Of a stretch of 64,000 nucleotides of DNA, positions 27,021 through 37,364 are shown piece after piece. The notes beneath the pieces were generated by a model, which did not search any database, was not told the origin of the DNA, and saw nothing but the letters and a program-made list of their open reading frames with translations. The position numbers were made by a program, and so were the translations under genes. The DNA comes from Escherichia coli (GTDB lineage: Bacteria; Pseudomonadota; Gammaproteobacteria; Enterobacterales; Enterobacteriaceae): NCBI RefSeq assembly GCF_050320075.1, contig NZ_CP190018.1; one strand, 5' to 3'. The number at the start of each line of letters is the position of its first letter. The first letter of the stretch is position 1.

Positions 27021-28061
27021 TTATTTAGACGCAAGCGCCGCATCAATTGCAGATAATCTTTGTCTTAATTCTGCGTTTTCTTCTTCCAGTGCTGTTATTC
27101 TGTCGTCTGACTCTCTGGCTACCTGAACAAGCAAGCCAGTAACACCAGAATAATCTACTGTGTAATAACGTTCACCTTCTTCACCTTCCGATCCGCTCGC
27201 ACCGTCCTGATATTTCATTACGGAACCTACAACTTCTGGGATTGCTTCCAGAGCTTCCTGTGCAATGACACCAGCATAGGGCATACCGTTTTCTTTAAGC
27301 GTGTATGTATAGCCGTTCATTTTACGGATGCGGTCGGTTGCATTATCGATCACCTGAATGTTGTCTTTCAGATCCCGGTCGGAATGCTGGTTAAATGCGG
27401 TGGCATGACATGCACCATTAACGCTTAACATATAGGTGTTATCGGTATTTTTCTGCGCATAGAACATATAAGCGCCACCATCAACACCGACTTCATAAAC
27501 AACAGGACGGCTGGAGTTGCCCCACAATTGAGCAGTAACACCAGCATAAGCGGTTCCCTGTGTGTTTAATGTCATGGTTGACCCATGATTGGCATATTTG
27601 ATCTGTAATGTGTCGGTGTAATCAAATTTAATAAGCGCGTTACTTCCACGCTTGCTGTATGACATAAGGCAGTTACCCATTTTGAGGTATCCGCTGTCAC
27701 CGGGAAAAATCATCGTACCGCCATAAAGGTTGGTAAAGTCCCAGCAAATGTTTGTCCCGTTATCGTTCAGGTTAAGGCGCGCCATTGCGTTACCTGGACT
27801 GTCTATCCATTTTTTGAGGTATAGTTCGCAATATGCATCCTCAACACCTGCCGTCCTGTGAGTTGAGCGGAGTTTTCTCCCAAATATAGCTCCGCTAGTT
27901 GGCAATACCTGCTGATACCATGAAGCAGACCAGTCACCAACGGTTTCATCTTTGCTGTCTACATATGATTTTGTTGCGTAGCTTCCTTGATCGTTTTTTA
28001 ATTTGCTAACGTCGGATTTTAGCGTTTTGATGTCATCAGGAATTACTGTCGATGTAGCCAT
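27021..28061 (-). CDS. tail fibre/spike-like protein with C-terminal intramolecular-chaperone (peptidase S74-like) domain
   Basis: 346 aa; C-terminal 120 aa (SDRDLKDNIQVID...GYTYTLKENGMPYAGVIAQEALEAIPEVVG...YYTVDYSGVTGLLVQVARE...LEEENAELRQRL) resemble the self-cleaving chaperone domain of endosialidase-type fibres. Confidence 0.6.
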   Translation of the reverse strand: MATSTVIPDDIKTLKSDVSKLKNDQGSYATKSYVDSKDETVGDWSASWYQQVLPTSGAIFGRKLRSTHRTAGVEDAYCELYLKKWIDSPGNAMARLNLNDNGTNICWDFTNLYGGTMIFPGDSGYLKMGNCLMSYSKRGSNALIKFDYTDTLQIKYANHGSTMTLNTQGTAYAGVTAQLWGNSSRPVVYEVGVDGGAYMFYAQKNTDNTYMLSVNGACHATAFNQHSDRDLKDNIQVIDNATDRIRKMNGYTYTLKENGMPYAGVIAQEALEAIPEVVGSVMKYQDGASGSEGEEGERYYTVDYSGVTGLLVQVARESDDRITALEEENAELRQRLSAIDAALASK

Positions 28062-28070
28062 TTTTCTTCC

Positions 28071-28352
28071 TCACATCCAGCCACGAAGTTGATGCTCAAC
28101 AGCAACCACGTATTCATCGAATATTGACGGTGTTTTCACATCATTAATGATGCGCACGTTTACAAAATATCCGTCTTCCTTAACACATACCGGTTCGCCA
28201 TCTTCATTCAGTTCTCCGGTTTCTTTGTACACGTTACCTATCACGTCAATAAGAATATCATCCTGCATCGACTCATCATCATAATAGCCAGTGCTATCCA
28301 TAAAGGCCGAAAAATCGGCCCTGTCGGCAAATTTAAGTGTTAAATCTTTCAT
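28071..28352 (-). CDS. hypothetical acidic protein between the two fibre genes
   Basis: 93-aa ORF, start overlaps stop of upstream fibre gene; no recognisable Tfa motif. Confidence 0.5.
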   Translation of the reverse strand: MKDLTLKFADRADFSAFMDSTGYYDDESMQDDILIDVIGNVYKETGELNEDGEPVCVKEDGYFVNVRIINDVKTPSIFDEYVVAVEHQLRGWM

Positions 28353-30754
28353 TTAATACTCTCCCCCATTTGCGCATCAGTTAATTCTTTATGCCAGAGA
28401 CGAAGATTTCTCAAATGGCCGAATAGATGACGTGTCCCTGATGTGGCTTGACCTCCTATTCTAATAAAGGTCCGCGTTTTTACGCCCGTCCATTCCGTTT
28501 CAATGGTTTTAGTAGCCTCACCGTTAGAAACTACTCGTTTAGTACCGTCAGAATAAATATTAAAACCACCAATGAATTTTCGAACATCCGTTCGACCAGT
28601 AAACAAACTAGAAACGTAACTACTTGTCGACGCTTTATAAGTTTGCATATAAAGCTGACCGTAATATCTCTCGGTTGTGTTAAAAGCGTATGTGATTGAC
28701 TCAATAGGCGGCACACCAGAAAAATCAAAAATACGCGGTGCTACATTAGGGGGAATATCGCCCCAATTCCTGTTAACCTCGACCAAACAAGTAAGCGGTC
28801 TGTTATAAATGTTGTTTTCGGTCGGGATCGTAACCATATCACTCGCACGAGTCGCCGCCGTCGCTCCTGATATAATAAAAGATGATACACAAGGCCCATC
28901 TTCTACTTGTGGGGTGGCCAGATAAATATAGTCACCAGATACGGTTGCCCCGCTCTGCTTAGGAGAATACTGTATCTGAGAGCCTATTTTTAACTCCCCA
29001 TCAATTGCCTGAATTGTTGCCTCTGCAAAAATCCATCCGGTAGCTTCGTCCTTTCTGACTCTCGCTGTAATCCTTGAGGCAGCACCGCCTGTCATATTAA
29101 TTTCAAGCGTTTGTGTATCAATATACGCATCACCAAGAAAAGTTGTTGCGCTACCGTCATATTTATCAAACCGGATACGCAACCTTACCTGCAGTTCTGT
29201 TTTAAAACGACATGAGGTTGTCACGTATTTATTATCGCCTGAGACATCAACTGACTTTGTTGCAGCAATTGATGCCATATTAATGGCTGAGGTTTGCCCA
29301 ATCAGAGAATCGTTACAGACAAACTTTCCATAGGTAAAACCAAAACTATCCGTCCCGGTTTCGGGAACATCCATATTTGACGATCGCCCCCAACTGGCAG
29401 GGCTTTCCGAATTGAGCATGTAGTTCGCTCTTTGCCCCTCAATAAGCAGGCCATCACGTTCAAATCGTGGCTCGTCAATGGCAGCCTCTGTCAGCACACC
29501 AGATTTATTAATATAGGTTGCTTTCGATGCGCGTTTAAACTTTACAACCTTATCGCCAGGCATCGTTATTTCATCATCACCAATAACAATCTTTTTATAT
29601 GACGGCGAAAACCCCGTAATCATATCCAGTGAATCGTTAAACGGTATCCACACATCAGGCAACGGCTGCAAAACTTGTTTATACGGCTCCGCTGCCTGGC
29701 TTGCATACTCTCTGGCTGCGTCTTCACTTGCTTTAGCTGCTGTCTGGCTTGCTGCCGATGCTTGCGCCGAGTTCGCCGCTGTAGTCTCGCTCGCCTTTGC
29801 GTTGTCTTCACTGGTTTTTGCAGCTCTTTGACTGTTGGCTGATGCCGTGGCAGAAGCAGCCGCCGCGCTTGCAGAACCAGCTGCGGCACTCTCGCTTTGG
29901 GCCGCTGCATCCTGACTGTTTTTCGCCGCAGTTTCGCTGGCTTTGGCATTCGTTTCGCTGGTCTTCGCTGCAGTCTCGCTTGTCTTTGCGTTGGTTTCAC
30001 TGGTTTTTGCAGCTCTTTGACTGTTGGCTGATGCCGTGGCAGAAGTAGCCGCCGCACTTGCAGAACTGGCTGCCGCTCTCTCGCTTTGGGCTGCTGCATC
30101 CTGACTGTTTTTTGCTGCGGTAGCGGAGTTTGCTGCGGCACTCTGACTCGATTCTGCAGCCACCTCGCTATTTTTCGCATTAGTTTCGCTGGTCTTTGAA
30201 GCTGTCTCACTCGCTTTTGAGTTGTTTTCTGATTTTTTGGCTGCAGTCGCGGAGTTTGCCGATGCAGTCTGTGAGGCCGCTGCCGCCTGTGCGCTGTTAG
30301 CTGCATTCGTTTCTGAGGTTTTCGCCGCGTTCTTCGATGATGCCGCTGCAGTTTCGGATGTCTTTGCCGCCGCTGCGCTCTGAGAGGCGGCTTCAGCGTT
30401 GCGTGCCGCTTCTTCCACCATTTCCTGAAAACGGCGCAATGCCTCCGGCATGACATCATCTTCCGTCATGGCACCGAGAAAATCATTCAGCGTCCCCGGA
30501 CTGGAACCTTCATAGACGGTAATGGTCCCGGCATGTGAAGGCGGAAAACCTTCAACCAGCAGGATGACGCTGTACTGGCCATACTCAACGTCCATACTGT
30601 AACGCCCGGCTTCATCAGGATTTTCAGAGGCCACCGTGTTCACCAGTACCGTGGTGCTGTTACGCTTTGCCTTCAGTTGAATAGTGCAGTTCTGTATTGG
30701 TTTTCCCGCACCATCTTTCAGCACACCTGAGATTTTTACTGCTGCCATATCCAC
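28349..30754 (-). CDS. stf: side tail fibre protein (Stf-like): lambda-type N-terminus, Ala/Ser/Thr-rich repeat shaft, divergent C-terminal domain
   Basis: 801 aa; N-terminus MAAVKISGVLKDGAGKPIQNCTIQLKAKRNSTTVLVNTV...GRYSMDVEYGQYSVIL matches lambda Stf; central AAKTSETNAK/AAAQSE repeats; C-terminal 450 aa unlike lambda. Confidence 0.85.
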   Translation of the reverse strand: MDMAAVKISGVLKDGAGKPIQNCTIQLKAKRNSTTVLVNTVASENPDEAGRYSMDVEYGQYSVILLVEGFPPSHAGTITVYEGSSPGTLNDFLGAMTEDDVMPEALRRFQEMVEEAARNAEAASQSAAAAKTSETAAASSKNAAKTSETNAANSAQAAAASQTASANSATAAKKSENNSKASETASKTSETNAKNSEVAAESSQSAAANSATAAKNSQDAAAQSERAAASSASAAATSATASANSQRAAKTSETNAKTSETAAKTSETNAKASETAAKNSQDAAAQSESAAAGSASAAAASATASANSQRAAKTSEDNAKASETTAANSAQASAASQTAAKASEDAAREYASQAAEPYKQVLQPLPDVWIPFNDSLDMITGFSPSYKKIVIGDDEITMPGDKVVKFKRASKATYINKSGVLTEAAIDEPRFERDGLLIEGQRANYMLNSESPASWGRSSNMDVPETGTDSFGFTYGKFVCNDSLIGQTSAINMASIAATKSVDVSGDNKYVTTSCRFKTELQVRLRIRFDKYDGSATTFLGDAYIDTQTLEINMTGGAASRITARVRKDEATGWIFAEATIQAIDGELKIGSQIQYSPKQSGATVSGDYIYLATPQVEDGPCVSSFIISGATAATRASDMVTIPTENNIYNRPLTCLVEVNRNWGDIPPNVAPRIFDFSGVPPIESITYAFNTTERYYGQLYMQTYKASTSSYVSSLFTGRTDVRKFIGGFNIYSDGTKRVVSNGEATKTIETEWTGVKTRTFIRIGGQATSGTRHLFGHLRNLRLWHKELTDAQMGESIK
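29770..30140. repeat. tandem direct repeat of 189 bp (about 90% identical copies) inside stf
   Basis: tcactggtttttgcagctctttgactgttggctgatgccgtggcagaag at 29808 recurs at 29997; flanking sequence also repeats. Confidence 0.85.
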
Positions 30755-30812
30755 TCCACAAAAAAGCCCGCCTGAACCGGCGGGCTGTCATAACACTGTG
30801 TTACCTGGCTAA

Positions 30813-31412
30813 TCAGAATTTATAACCGACACCCACGATGAAACCGTCAGTGTGCCAGTCACCACTGCCGGAGCCTTCATAAGCAAGGTCAATGGCCACG
30901 GATTCGGTCGGGTTAAACTGCACGCCAGCCCCCCACGCCAGAGACGTGTCGCTGTGGCGACCGTCATCACTTCCGTTCAGCACATCGTACGTTTTCCCCT
31001 TATTGTCAGTTACGCGGAGATAATCCCCGGAGAAGGTCGACACACGGCTGTAAGCCACGCCCGCCATCGCATACGCGCTGAACCATTCATTCACGCGTAC
31101 AGACGGCCCCGCCATCATGCTGAACCAGCGGTTACGCACTGAATCTTCATGCCAGCGGGTATCGCTGTAACGGGTAATCTGGCGATTCTTGTCTCCTGCA
31201 TAACTGAATGACGTCACCAGCCCCAGCGTGTCCGTAAATTCATAACGGTATTTCACGTTAATGCCCTTCAGGTCATCACTGCCTGGCATATCAGTATGGG
31301 CCTGAAGATACCCGGCGCTTAGTGTGGACTGATGCTCTGCTGCGCTCGCTGGCGTACCAACGGCAACCAGCCAGACTACTGCGGACAGAATAACAGCACA
31401 TAATTTACGCAT
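30813..31412 (-). CDS. lom: outer-membrane protein Lom (Ail/PagC/OmpX family)
   Basis: 199 aa with signal peptide and C-terminal ...[11 protein letters not shown] identical to the lambda Lom terminus; directly downstream of J. Confidence 0.9.
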   Translation of the reverse strand: MRKLCAVILSAVVWLVAVGTPASAAEHQSTLSAGYLQAHTDMPGSDDLKGINVKYRYEFTDTLGLVTSFSYAGDKNRQITRYSDTRWHEDSVRNRWFSMMAGPSVRVNEWFSAYAMAGVAYSRVSTFSGDYLRVTDNKGKTYDVLNGSDDGRHSDTSLAWGAGVQFNPTESVAIDLAYEGSGSGDWHTDGFIVGVGYKF

Positions 31413-31479
31413 AATTACCTCTCGCTTTTCTGCAATAAAAAAGGCGTCATTTCTGACGCCCGTATTGGGGTTATAAAAT

Positions 31480-34400
31480 TCAGCTGATACTGATGCCTGC
31501 GGTGGCTTTCTTCATCACCACAACCAGCAAATCGCTGATACTTGCTGTGGGATACCAGTCATTTACCAGCCATGCTGACACCGAAAACTCCAGCGTCATG
31601 TGACCGTGACCGGCAGGCATATCAACAACGCCACTGTAAATCAGCGTATTATCCAGCGCGGTACGGTTATAAATTTCAGCACCGTTTTTCCGCACTATCA
31701 GACGGCATGAGGAGTAAATATCAGTATGCTCTCTCTCATGTTTAGCGCCGCTGAATGCCACCGCCGGAATAACAATCTGCCGGTCAAACGGCTGATCGTC
31801 ATAAACCCTGACGGTAATGGTCCCTGATGGCCACCGTTCCGGTGCACGGGAGTCACGGGGGAAAGCTTTGCCCACTGTTTTAACGAGATCGCCTTCAATC
31901 TGGTTCGCGGACAGTTTTCCCAGAACCCGGCAATTCTCGTTAATCGTGACGTTGTTGAGCGTCCCGGAGTTCGCATTCACGTTACCGCTGATATCGGCAT
32001 TTTTTGCCGTCAGCCGCCCGTCCGGTGTCAGGGAAAATGCCGGAGGATTACCGCCGCTGGTAATGGTGGGAGCCGTCAGATATTTCAGGAACACTTCATT
32101 CATAAATATCTGATCGCCCTGACCAACAAACATCGGCTTTGTGTTGCCATTCGCAGGATTAATCATCGCAATCCTGTCTGCCGCCAGCAGCACCTGACTC
32201 TGCATGCCGTCAGGGGTGTTTTCAATACCGGCACCAATACCCGCGATATAAAGGCGTCCGTCCTGCATCTGCTGCAGCTTCACAGCCCACATGCTGCTCA
32301 GGTTATTATTTGTATCAACCTGAACCTTCTGTATCTGCTGGATCGCTGCACTCTGGTCTTCCAGTTTCTTATTGACGGTCTGCGTGATTTCATTGCTGAC
32401 ATCCGTAATGGACGTCCTGATTTCAGCCAGGTCAGGCGCAAGCTGACCGTTATCAATCTGCGTCCACAGCTCCTGAGCCAGATGGGTTTTCCCTATCTCT
32501 CCTTTGAAAAAATCCAGATAGCCGGATGCATCATCACTCGGCTGGCCAACAGCCTCCACAAATGCCGATTTGCCAACGGTGTTCACACTGCGGATGTAAA
32601 AATAATAATCACGGCCCGGTTTGATATTGATACTGGCGGCTATCCAGTACAGCGCCGTGCCAAGATAGCGGGCTGTGGTTTCAACCTGCCTGATATCGGT
32701 AATCCGCGTTTCCGAGAACCAGAACTCAAACTGTACCGTCGGATCATAAACCGCAAGATGCGGCGTGGCAGTTATCTGAAAATAGCCCGGCGTCAGCTCA
32801 ATCCGCGACGGCGCTGCCGGTGCGGCAATCCGGAACGATACCGACGCCGGATCGCCCTGCTGCCCCCAGGCATTTGCCGCCCGGACTGTCAGCCTGTAGT
32901 TTCCCAACGCCAGTTGCGTGAAGCGGTATGTGGTTTCCGTCGTCCGGGCCGTGCTGACCAGCCGCTCACTGCCGTCATCCGCTGCCACGGTCAGGCGAAG
33001 CATAAAGCTCACGCCCTTCACCACCTTCGGCGTGTCCCAGCGCGCCAGTACCTGATATTCCCCGCTGTCTGCGGTGACTTCGGCAGTCAGGTGCTGCACC
33101 GCTGGCGGCGTGACACCATTCACCGTGCCACTCTGGTCGCCGTCAAAGTGCGCCCCGTTATCCACGATGGCCTCTTTTTCCGGCACATGCTGCACAGCGG
33201 TGATGGCATACGTGCCGTCGTCGTTCTCACGGATACTCACACAGCGGAACAGGCGCTGACGCAGCATCGGCAGCTTCAGCCCCCACACGCTGTATTCGGC
33301 AACGCCGTCAGGAACACGGCTCACTTTTACCTTCACGCCGTCGGTGACGGACTGGACCTCCACGCTCACCGGATTACCCTGCCCGTCAACCAGGCTTATC
33401 AGCGTGGTACCGGAGGATGGCAGCGTGATTTCACGGTCGAGCGTCAGCGTCCGGGTCTGGCTGTTCACCGCCAGCACGCGACCACCGATGCTGATACCGG
33501 CATAGTCATCATCACAGATTTCAATGACATCGCCCGGTACATGGCGAAGCCCTTCGGCACCCACGCTGAAGTCCACGGTCTGCGTTTCCAGCAGTTCCGT
33601 TTTAATCAGCCACAGCCCGGCGCGGTGCGCCTGCCCCCGGCTGGTACAGCCAAAGGCATCCATCTTCGTGACGTTACGACCGTAACGGAGAATGGCCTGC
33701 GTATCTTCAACAAGCTCTGTCGCCGTCTCCCAGCCGTTATTCGGGTCAATCCAGTTCACCTCAACGGCATTATGGCGGTCCTTCAGGGCGCTGAAGCTGT
33801 AGCGGAACGGCGCGCCATCATCCGGCATCACCACATTACTGTGGTTATAGGTCCACACCTTATCCGACGGTCGGTCCTGCACGAACGTCAGCGTCTGCCC
33901 GTTCCATACCGGCATACAGCGCATCGCCGAACAGAAATCACTGAGCACATCCCACGCCTTACGCTGTGTGGTCAGCCAGGCATTACAGGTGATGCGCGGC
34001 TCCGTACCACCAAAGCCATCCGGCACTGACTGATCGCAATACTGGCCGATGACATACAGCGCCCATTTGTCCACATCCGCCGCACCAAGACGTTTCCCCA
34101 TGCCGTAGCGCGGGTGGGTCAGCATATCCCACAGACACCAGGCCATGTTGTTGCTGTATGCCGGTTTAAACGTCCCGTCCCAGATACCGCTGTATTGCCG
34201 CGTCTGCGGGTTATAGTTCGATGGCACCTGCAGAATGCGCCCGCGAAGATGATAATTACGGCTCACCTGCTGGCTGCCGAACTGTTCCGAGTCCACCTGC
34301 ACGCCGACCAGTGCCGTGTTCGGGTAGCACTGTTTCACATCGATGATTTCAGTGTATGACGACCAGAGCGTTTTGTTCTGCAGCTGGTCTGTGGTGCTGT

Positions 34401-34959
34401 CCGGCGTCATCCTGCGCATCCGGATATTAAACGGGCGCGGCGGCAGGTTACCCACCACCACCGATGCCAGATACTGTGAGGTGGTTTTGCCTTTAATGGT
34501 GATGTCTTTTTCCGTCACCCAGCCACCGTTACGCTGTATCTGAACCAGCAGGCGGACTTCCGACGGATTCCGGTCCCCCTTTGAGGTGGTTTCCACCAGT
34601 GCCTGCACACCGAAGGTAAAGCGCAGACGGTCGATGTTTGCAGACGTGATGGTCCGGGTAATCGGCGTGTCGTACTTCACTTCCGTACCCAGCACCGTCT
34701 CGGAGCCGGAGGATTCAAATCCCTCCGGCGGTGTCTGCTCCTGCTCACCTGCCCGGAAAACCACCGTGACACCGGAGATATTGGTATTCCCCTCACTGTC
34801 CAGCACTGGCGTACTGTTCAGCAGCACACTTTTTAATCCGTCCACCGGACCTTCAATCGGCCCTTCACTGATGGCGTCTATCACGCTCAGCATCTGCGTG
34901 GACTTCAGGTTGTCCTTCGCTTCGCGCGGGGTATGCCCCTTACTGCTGCCTTTACCCAT
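31480..34959 (-). CDS. J: tail tip host-specificity protein J with divergent C-terminal receptor-binding region
   Basis: 1159 aa; [22 protein letters not shown]... near-identical to lambda gpJ for about the first 800 residues; last 330 residues diverge. Confidence 0.93.
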   Translation of the reverse strand: MGKGSSKGHTPREAKDNLKSTQMLSVIDAISEGPIEGPVDGLKSVLLNSTPVLDSEGNTNISGVTVVFRAGEQEQTPPEGFESSGSETVLGTEVKYDTPITRTITSANIDRLRFTFGVQALVETTSKGDRNPSEVRLLVQIQRNGGWVTEKDITIKGKTTSQYLASVVVGNLPPRPFNIRMRRMTPDSTTDQLQNKTLWSSYTEIIDVKQCYPNTALVGVQVDSEQFGSQQVSRNYHLRGRILQVPSNYNPQTRQYSGIWDGTFKPAYSNNMAWCLWDMLTHPRYGMGKRLGAADVDKWALYVIGQYCDQSVPDGFGGTEPRITCNAWLTTQRKAWDVLSDFCSAMRCMPVWNGQTLTFVQDRPSDKVWTYNHSNVVMPDDGAPFRYSFSALKDRHNAVEVNWIDPNNGWETATELVEDTQAILRYGRNVTKMDAFGCTSRGQAHRAGLWLIKTELLETQTVDFSVGAEGLRHVPGDVIEICDDDYAGISIGGRVLAVNSQTRTLTLDREITLPSSGTTLISLVDGQGNPVSVEVQSVTDGVKVKVSRVPDGVAEYSVWGLKLPMLRQRLFRCVSIRENDDGTYAITAVQHVPEKEAIVDNGAHFDGDQSGTVNGVTPPAVQHLTAEVTADSGEYQVLARWDTPKVVKGVSFMLRLTVAADDGSERLVSTARTTETTYRFTQLALGNYRLTVRAANAWGQQGDPASVSFRIAAPAAPSRIELTPGYFQITATPHLAVYDPTVQFEFWFSETRITDIRQVETTARYLGTALYWIAASINIKPGRDYYFYIRSVNTVGKSAFVEAVGQPSDDASGYLDFFKGEIGKTHLAQELWTQIDNGQLAPDLAEIRTSITDVSNEITQTVNKKLEDQSAAIQQIQKVQVDTNNNLSSMWAVKLQQMQDGRLYIAGIGAGIENTPDGMQSQVLLAADRIAMINPANGNTKPMFVGQGDQIFMNEVFLKYLTAPTITSGGNPPAFSLTPDGRLTAKNADISGNVNANSGTLNNVTINENCRVLGKLSANQIEGDLVKTVGKAFPRDSRAPERWPSGTITVRVYDDQPFDRQIVIPAVAFSGAKHEREHTDIYSSCRLIVRKNGAEIYNRTALDNTLIYSGVVDMPAGHGHMTLEFSVSAWLVNDWYPTASISDLLVVVMKKATAGISIS

Positions 34960-35019
34960 TCCTCACGCTCCAGAAACGACAAAACCGCCCTGAGGCGGTT
35001 TCACATAAAACGTTTTTCA

Positions 35020-35691
35020 TCAACGACCAATCACCACAACCTGACCACCGTCCCCCTCGTCTGCCGTGCTGATCTCCTGAGAAACCACGCGTGACCCCAC
35101 GCGCATTTCCCCGTACAGAACAGGCAGAACATTGCCCTGGGCAACCATGTTATCCAGTGAGGAGAAATAGGTGTTCTGCTTACCGTTATCCGTTGTCTGT
35201 GTACGGGGAGTTCTGGCTTTCGGTGCCAGCATCTGCGCCACACCACCGAGCACCATACTGGCACCGAGAGAAAACAGGATGCCGGTCATACCACCGGCCC
35301 CAATGGCTGCCCCCCATGCTGCAAGGGTGGCTCCGGCGGTAAAGAATGATCCGGCAATGGCGGCAGCCCCCAGGACAATCTGGAATACGCCACCTGACTT
35401 GGCCCCGGCGACTCTGGGAACAATATGAATCACAGCGCCATCAGGCAGAGTCTCATGTAACTGCGCCGTTAACCCGGACGTGCTGACGTCCCGCCCGGCA
35501 ATCCGTACCTGATACCAGCCGTCGCTCAGTTTCTGACGAAACGCCGGGAGCTGTGTGGCCAGTGCCCGGATGGCTTCAGCCCCCGTTTTCACACGAAGGT
35601 CGATGCGGCGACCAAATCGTTGTAAATTCCCGTAAAGGCAGATGCGCGCCATGCCCGGTGACGCCAGAGGGAGTGTGTGCGTCGCTGCCAT
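35020..35691 (-). CDS. I: tail assembly protein I
   Basis: 223 aa, same length and position as lambda gpI. Confidence 0.9.
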   Translation of the reverse strand: MAATHTLPLASPGMARICLYGNLQRFGRRIDLRVKTGAEAIRALATQLPAFRQKLSDGWYQVRIAGRDVSTSGLTAQLHETLPDGAVIHIVPRVAGAKSGGVFQIVLGAAAIAGSFFTAGATLAAWGAAIGAGGMTGILFSLGASMVLGGVAQMLAPKARTPRTQTTDNGKQNTYFSSLDNMVAQGNVLPVLYGEMRVGSRVVSQEISTADEGDGGQVVVIGR

Positions 35692-36332
35692 TTGTCGGTG
35701 TACCTCTCTCGTTTGCTCAGTTGTTCAGGAATATGGTGCAGCAGCTCGCCGTCGCCGCAGTAAATTGCGGCGTGATTCGGCACCGATGAACCAAAACAGC
35801 ACAGCAGCACATCGCCCGGCTGTGCCGCTGACAACGGCACCTGATACAGCCCCGTCGCCTCCAGATTATCCAGATAGAGATTCTGGCCGTTACGCCACCA
35901 GTCATCCTCACGATGAAAGTCCGGCATCTCAATCCCCGCCAGATGATAAGCATCCCGGAACAGGGTGTAACAGTCCGTCACACCGTGCTCAAAGCGCCGC
36001 CCGGTAAGATGCGGCACACAGCGGAACTTATGAATCGTCCCCCGGCAGACCAGCCACCACGGCAAATCACTCTGCACCTGCAGCCGCCGGTCGGCCTCAC
36101 TCAGCCAGGGCAGACCACCGGGGTGGCTGTGGACCAGCGCCACAATCTCACCCTGCATTTCTGCCTGCAGCCAGTCTTCCGGCGACATACGGAAATACGC
36201 CTCCGGCTCACCGGAGATATTCACGCAGGGGAAATATCTTTCCCCCTCCGGCGTGCTTACCACGAAGCCGCACGACTCCGCTGGCGCACATCGCCGGGCG
36301 TGCGCCAGAATCGCTGATTCTGTCTGTGTCAT
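35589..36332 (-). CDS. K: tail assembly protein K (NlpC/P60-like)
   Basis: ORF 35589..36374; product from MTQTESAILAHARRCAPAESCGFVV matches lambda gpK. Confidence 0.9.
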   Translation of the reverse strand: MTQTESAILAHARRCAPAESCGFVVSTPEGERYFPCVNISGEPEAYFRMSPEDWLQAEMQGEIVALVHSHPGGLPWLSEADRRLQVQSDLPWWLVCRGTIHKFRCVPHLTGRRFEHGVTDCYTLFRDAYHLAGIEMPDFHREDDWWRNGQNLYLDNLEATGLYQVPLSAAQPGDVLLCCFGSSVPNHAAIYCGDGELLHHIPEQLSKRERYTDKWQRRTHSLWRHRAWRASAFTGIYNDLVAASTFV

Positions 36333-36336
36333 GGGA

Positions 36337-37035
36337 TTACTGCGAAAGTTTGTTAATGGAAAGGAAGCCGCCAAAGTTGCCGACGTTATTGCGAAACTTA
36401 CAGCCGCTCAGGCATTTGCTGCATTTATCCTTCGTGATATCGGACGTCGGCTGGTCATATTCATCCGCGACCGCCGGACCGTGATAACCGCACTCATCAC
36501 CGCGATAGGTCCAGGTGCAGGTATTAGCAAGCATGATGCGCCCCGGAAAAACAGCGCCGTCCGTTTCCGTCGGCGTGGACAGTACAAAGGAGGCACTGAC
36601 CGCGCTCAGTTCGCTGCACTGCTCAATACGCCAGCGGCTGATCACCTCCTGCTCCGGATCGGCGTCACTGTTTCCGTTGACGAAGTTCACCGCATCCAGA
36701 AAACGGGCGTAAACCTTACGCCTGACCACCGTTCCGCCGACCAGACTCTGCAGGTCTTCCGCCATCCCGGTGACCATACCGTACAGGTTAGAAACCGTCA
36801 GCGTGGGGCGCGTACTGGTGCCTTTGCCATTCAGTTCAAAACCGCTCCCCTGAATGGGATACGGCTGATACTGTCGCCCCTGCCAGGTGACCGGCTCACC
36901 TTTTTCGTTCTGCTCATTACAGAAAAAATAACGTTCTCCACCGACCTCTGTCAGGTCGATTTCCCAGAGCACCAAGCTGGCCGACTGCTCCGCACGGGTG
37001 CATTCATTCAGTGTTTCCTGCCGGATATCCTGCAT
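36337..37035 (-). CDS. L: minor tail protein L
   Basis: 232 aa, lambda gpL-like, conserved order. Confidence 0.92.
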   Translation of the reverse strand: MQDIRQETLNECTRAEQSASLVLWEIDLTEVGGERYFFCNEQNEKGEPVTWQGRQYQPYPIQGSGFELNGKGTSTRPTLTVSNLYGMVTGMAEDLQSLVGGTVVRRKVYARFLDAVNFVNGNSDADPEQEVISRWRIEQCSELSAVSASFVLSTPTETDGAVFPGRIMLANTCTWTYRGDECGYHGPAVADEYDQPTSDITKDKCSKCLSGCKFRNNVGNFGGFLSINKLSQ

Positions 37036-37364
37036 CAGTTCACCACCTGTTCAAACTCTGCGCTGAACTCAACACGCAGCATACTGACCCGCGACGACCA
37101 TTTTGCGCAGGTCACCTTTATCTGCCGCCACTCATAAGGCGGCGTCCACAGAAAGGATTTCCAGCCCCCGTGCTCTTCCAGAAACGACTCCAGTACCATG
37201 GCCTCCTCACGGGGGACAGAAAGCGTCACGCTGTACGTTTTCAGGTTGGCATTCAGCCCGGCAGGCGCTCGCTGGGAATAGCCATCACCAAAGCGCACCT
37301 TTCTTACAGAAGGGGCCGAAGCCACATCCATACCGGGTTTCACTTTCCAGCGGAAGGTTTTCAT
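37035..37364 (-). CDS. M: minor tail protein M
   Basis: 109 aa, lambda gpM-like. Confidence 0.92.
   Translation of the reverse strand: MKTFRWKVKPGMDVASAPSVRKVRFGDGYSQRAPAGLNANLKTYSVTLSVPREEAMVLESFLEEHGGWKSFLWTPPYEWRQIKVTCAKWSSRVSMLRVEFSAEFEQVVN

Noticed and set aside
29620-30459. 279-aa Arg/Gln/Lys-rich minus-strand ORF in an alternative frame of stf
   Set aside because: Artefact of the repetitive Ala/Ser/Thr codons of the Stf shaft read off-frame; the Stf frame has the lambda-matching N-terminus.
32482-34029. 515-aa + strand ORF antisense to J
   Set aside because: J on the minus strand is unambiguously lambda-like; the long antisense frame results from GC-rich codon bias.
36253-37137. 294-aa + strand ORF antisense to L and K
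   Set aside because: Same reasoning: opposite strand of confirmed lambda tail genes.
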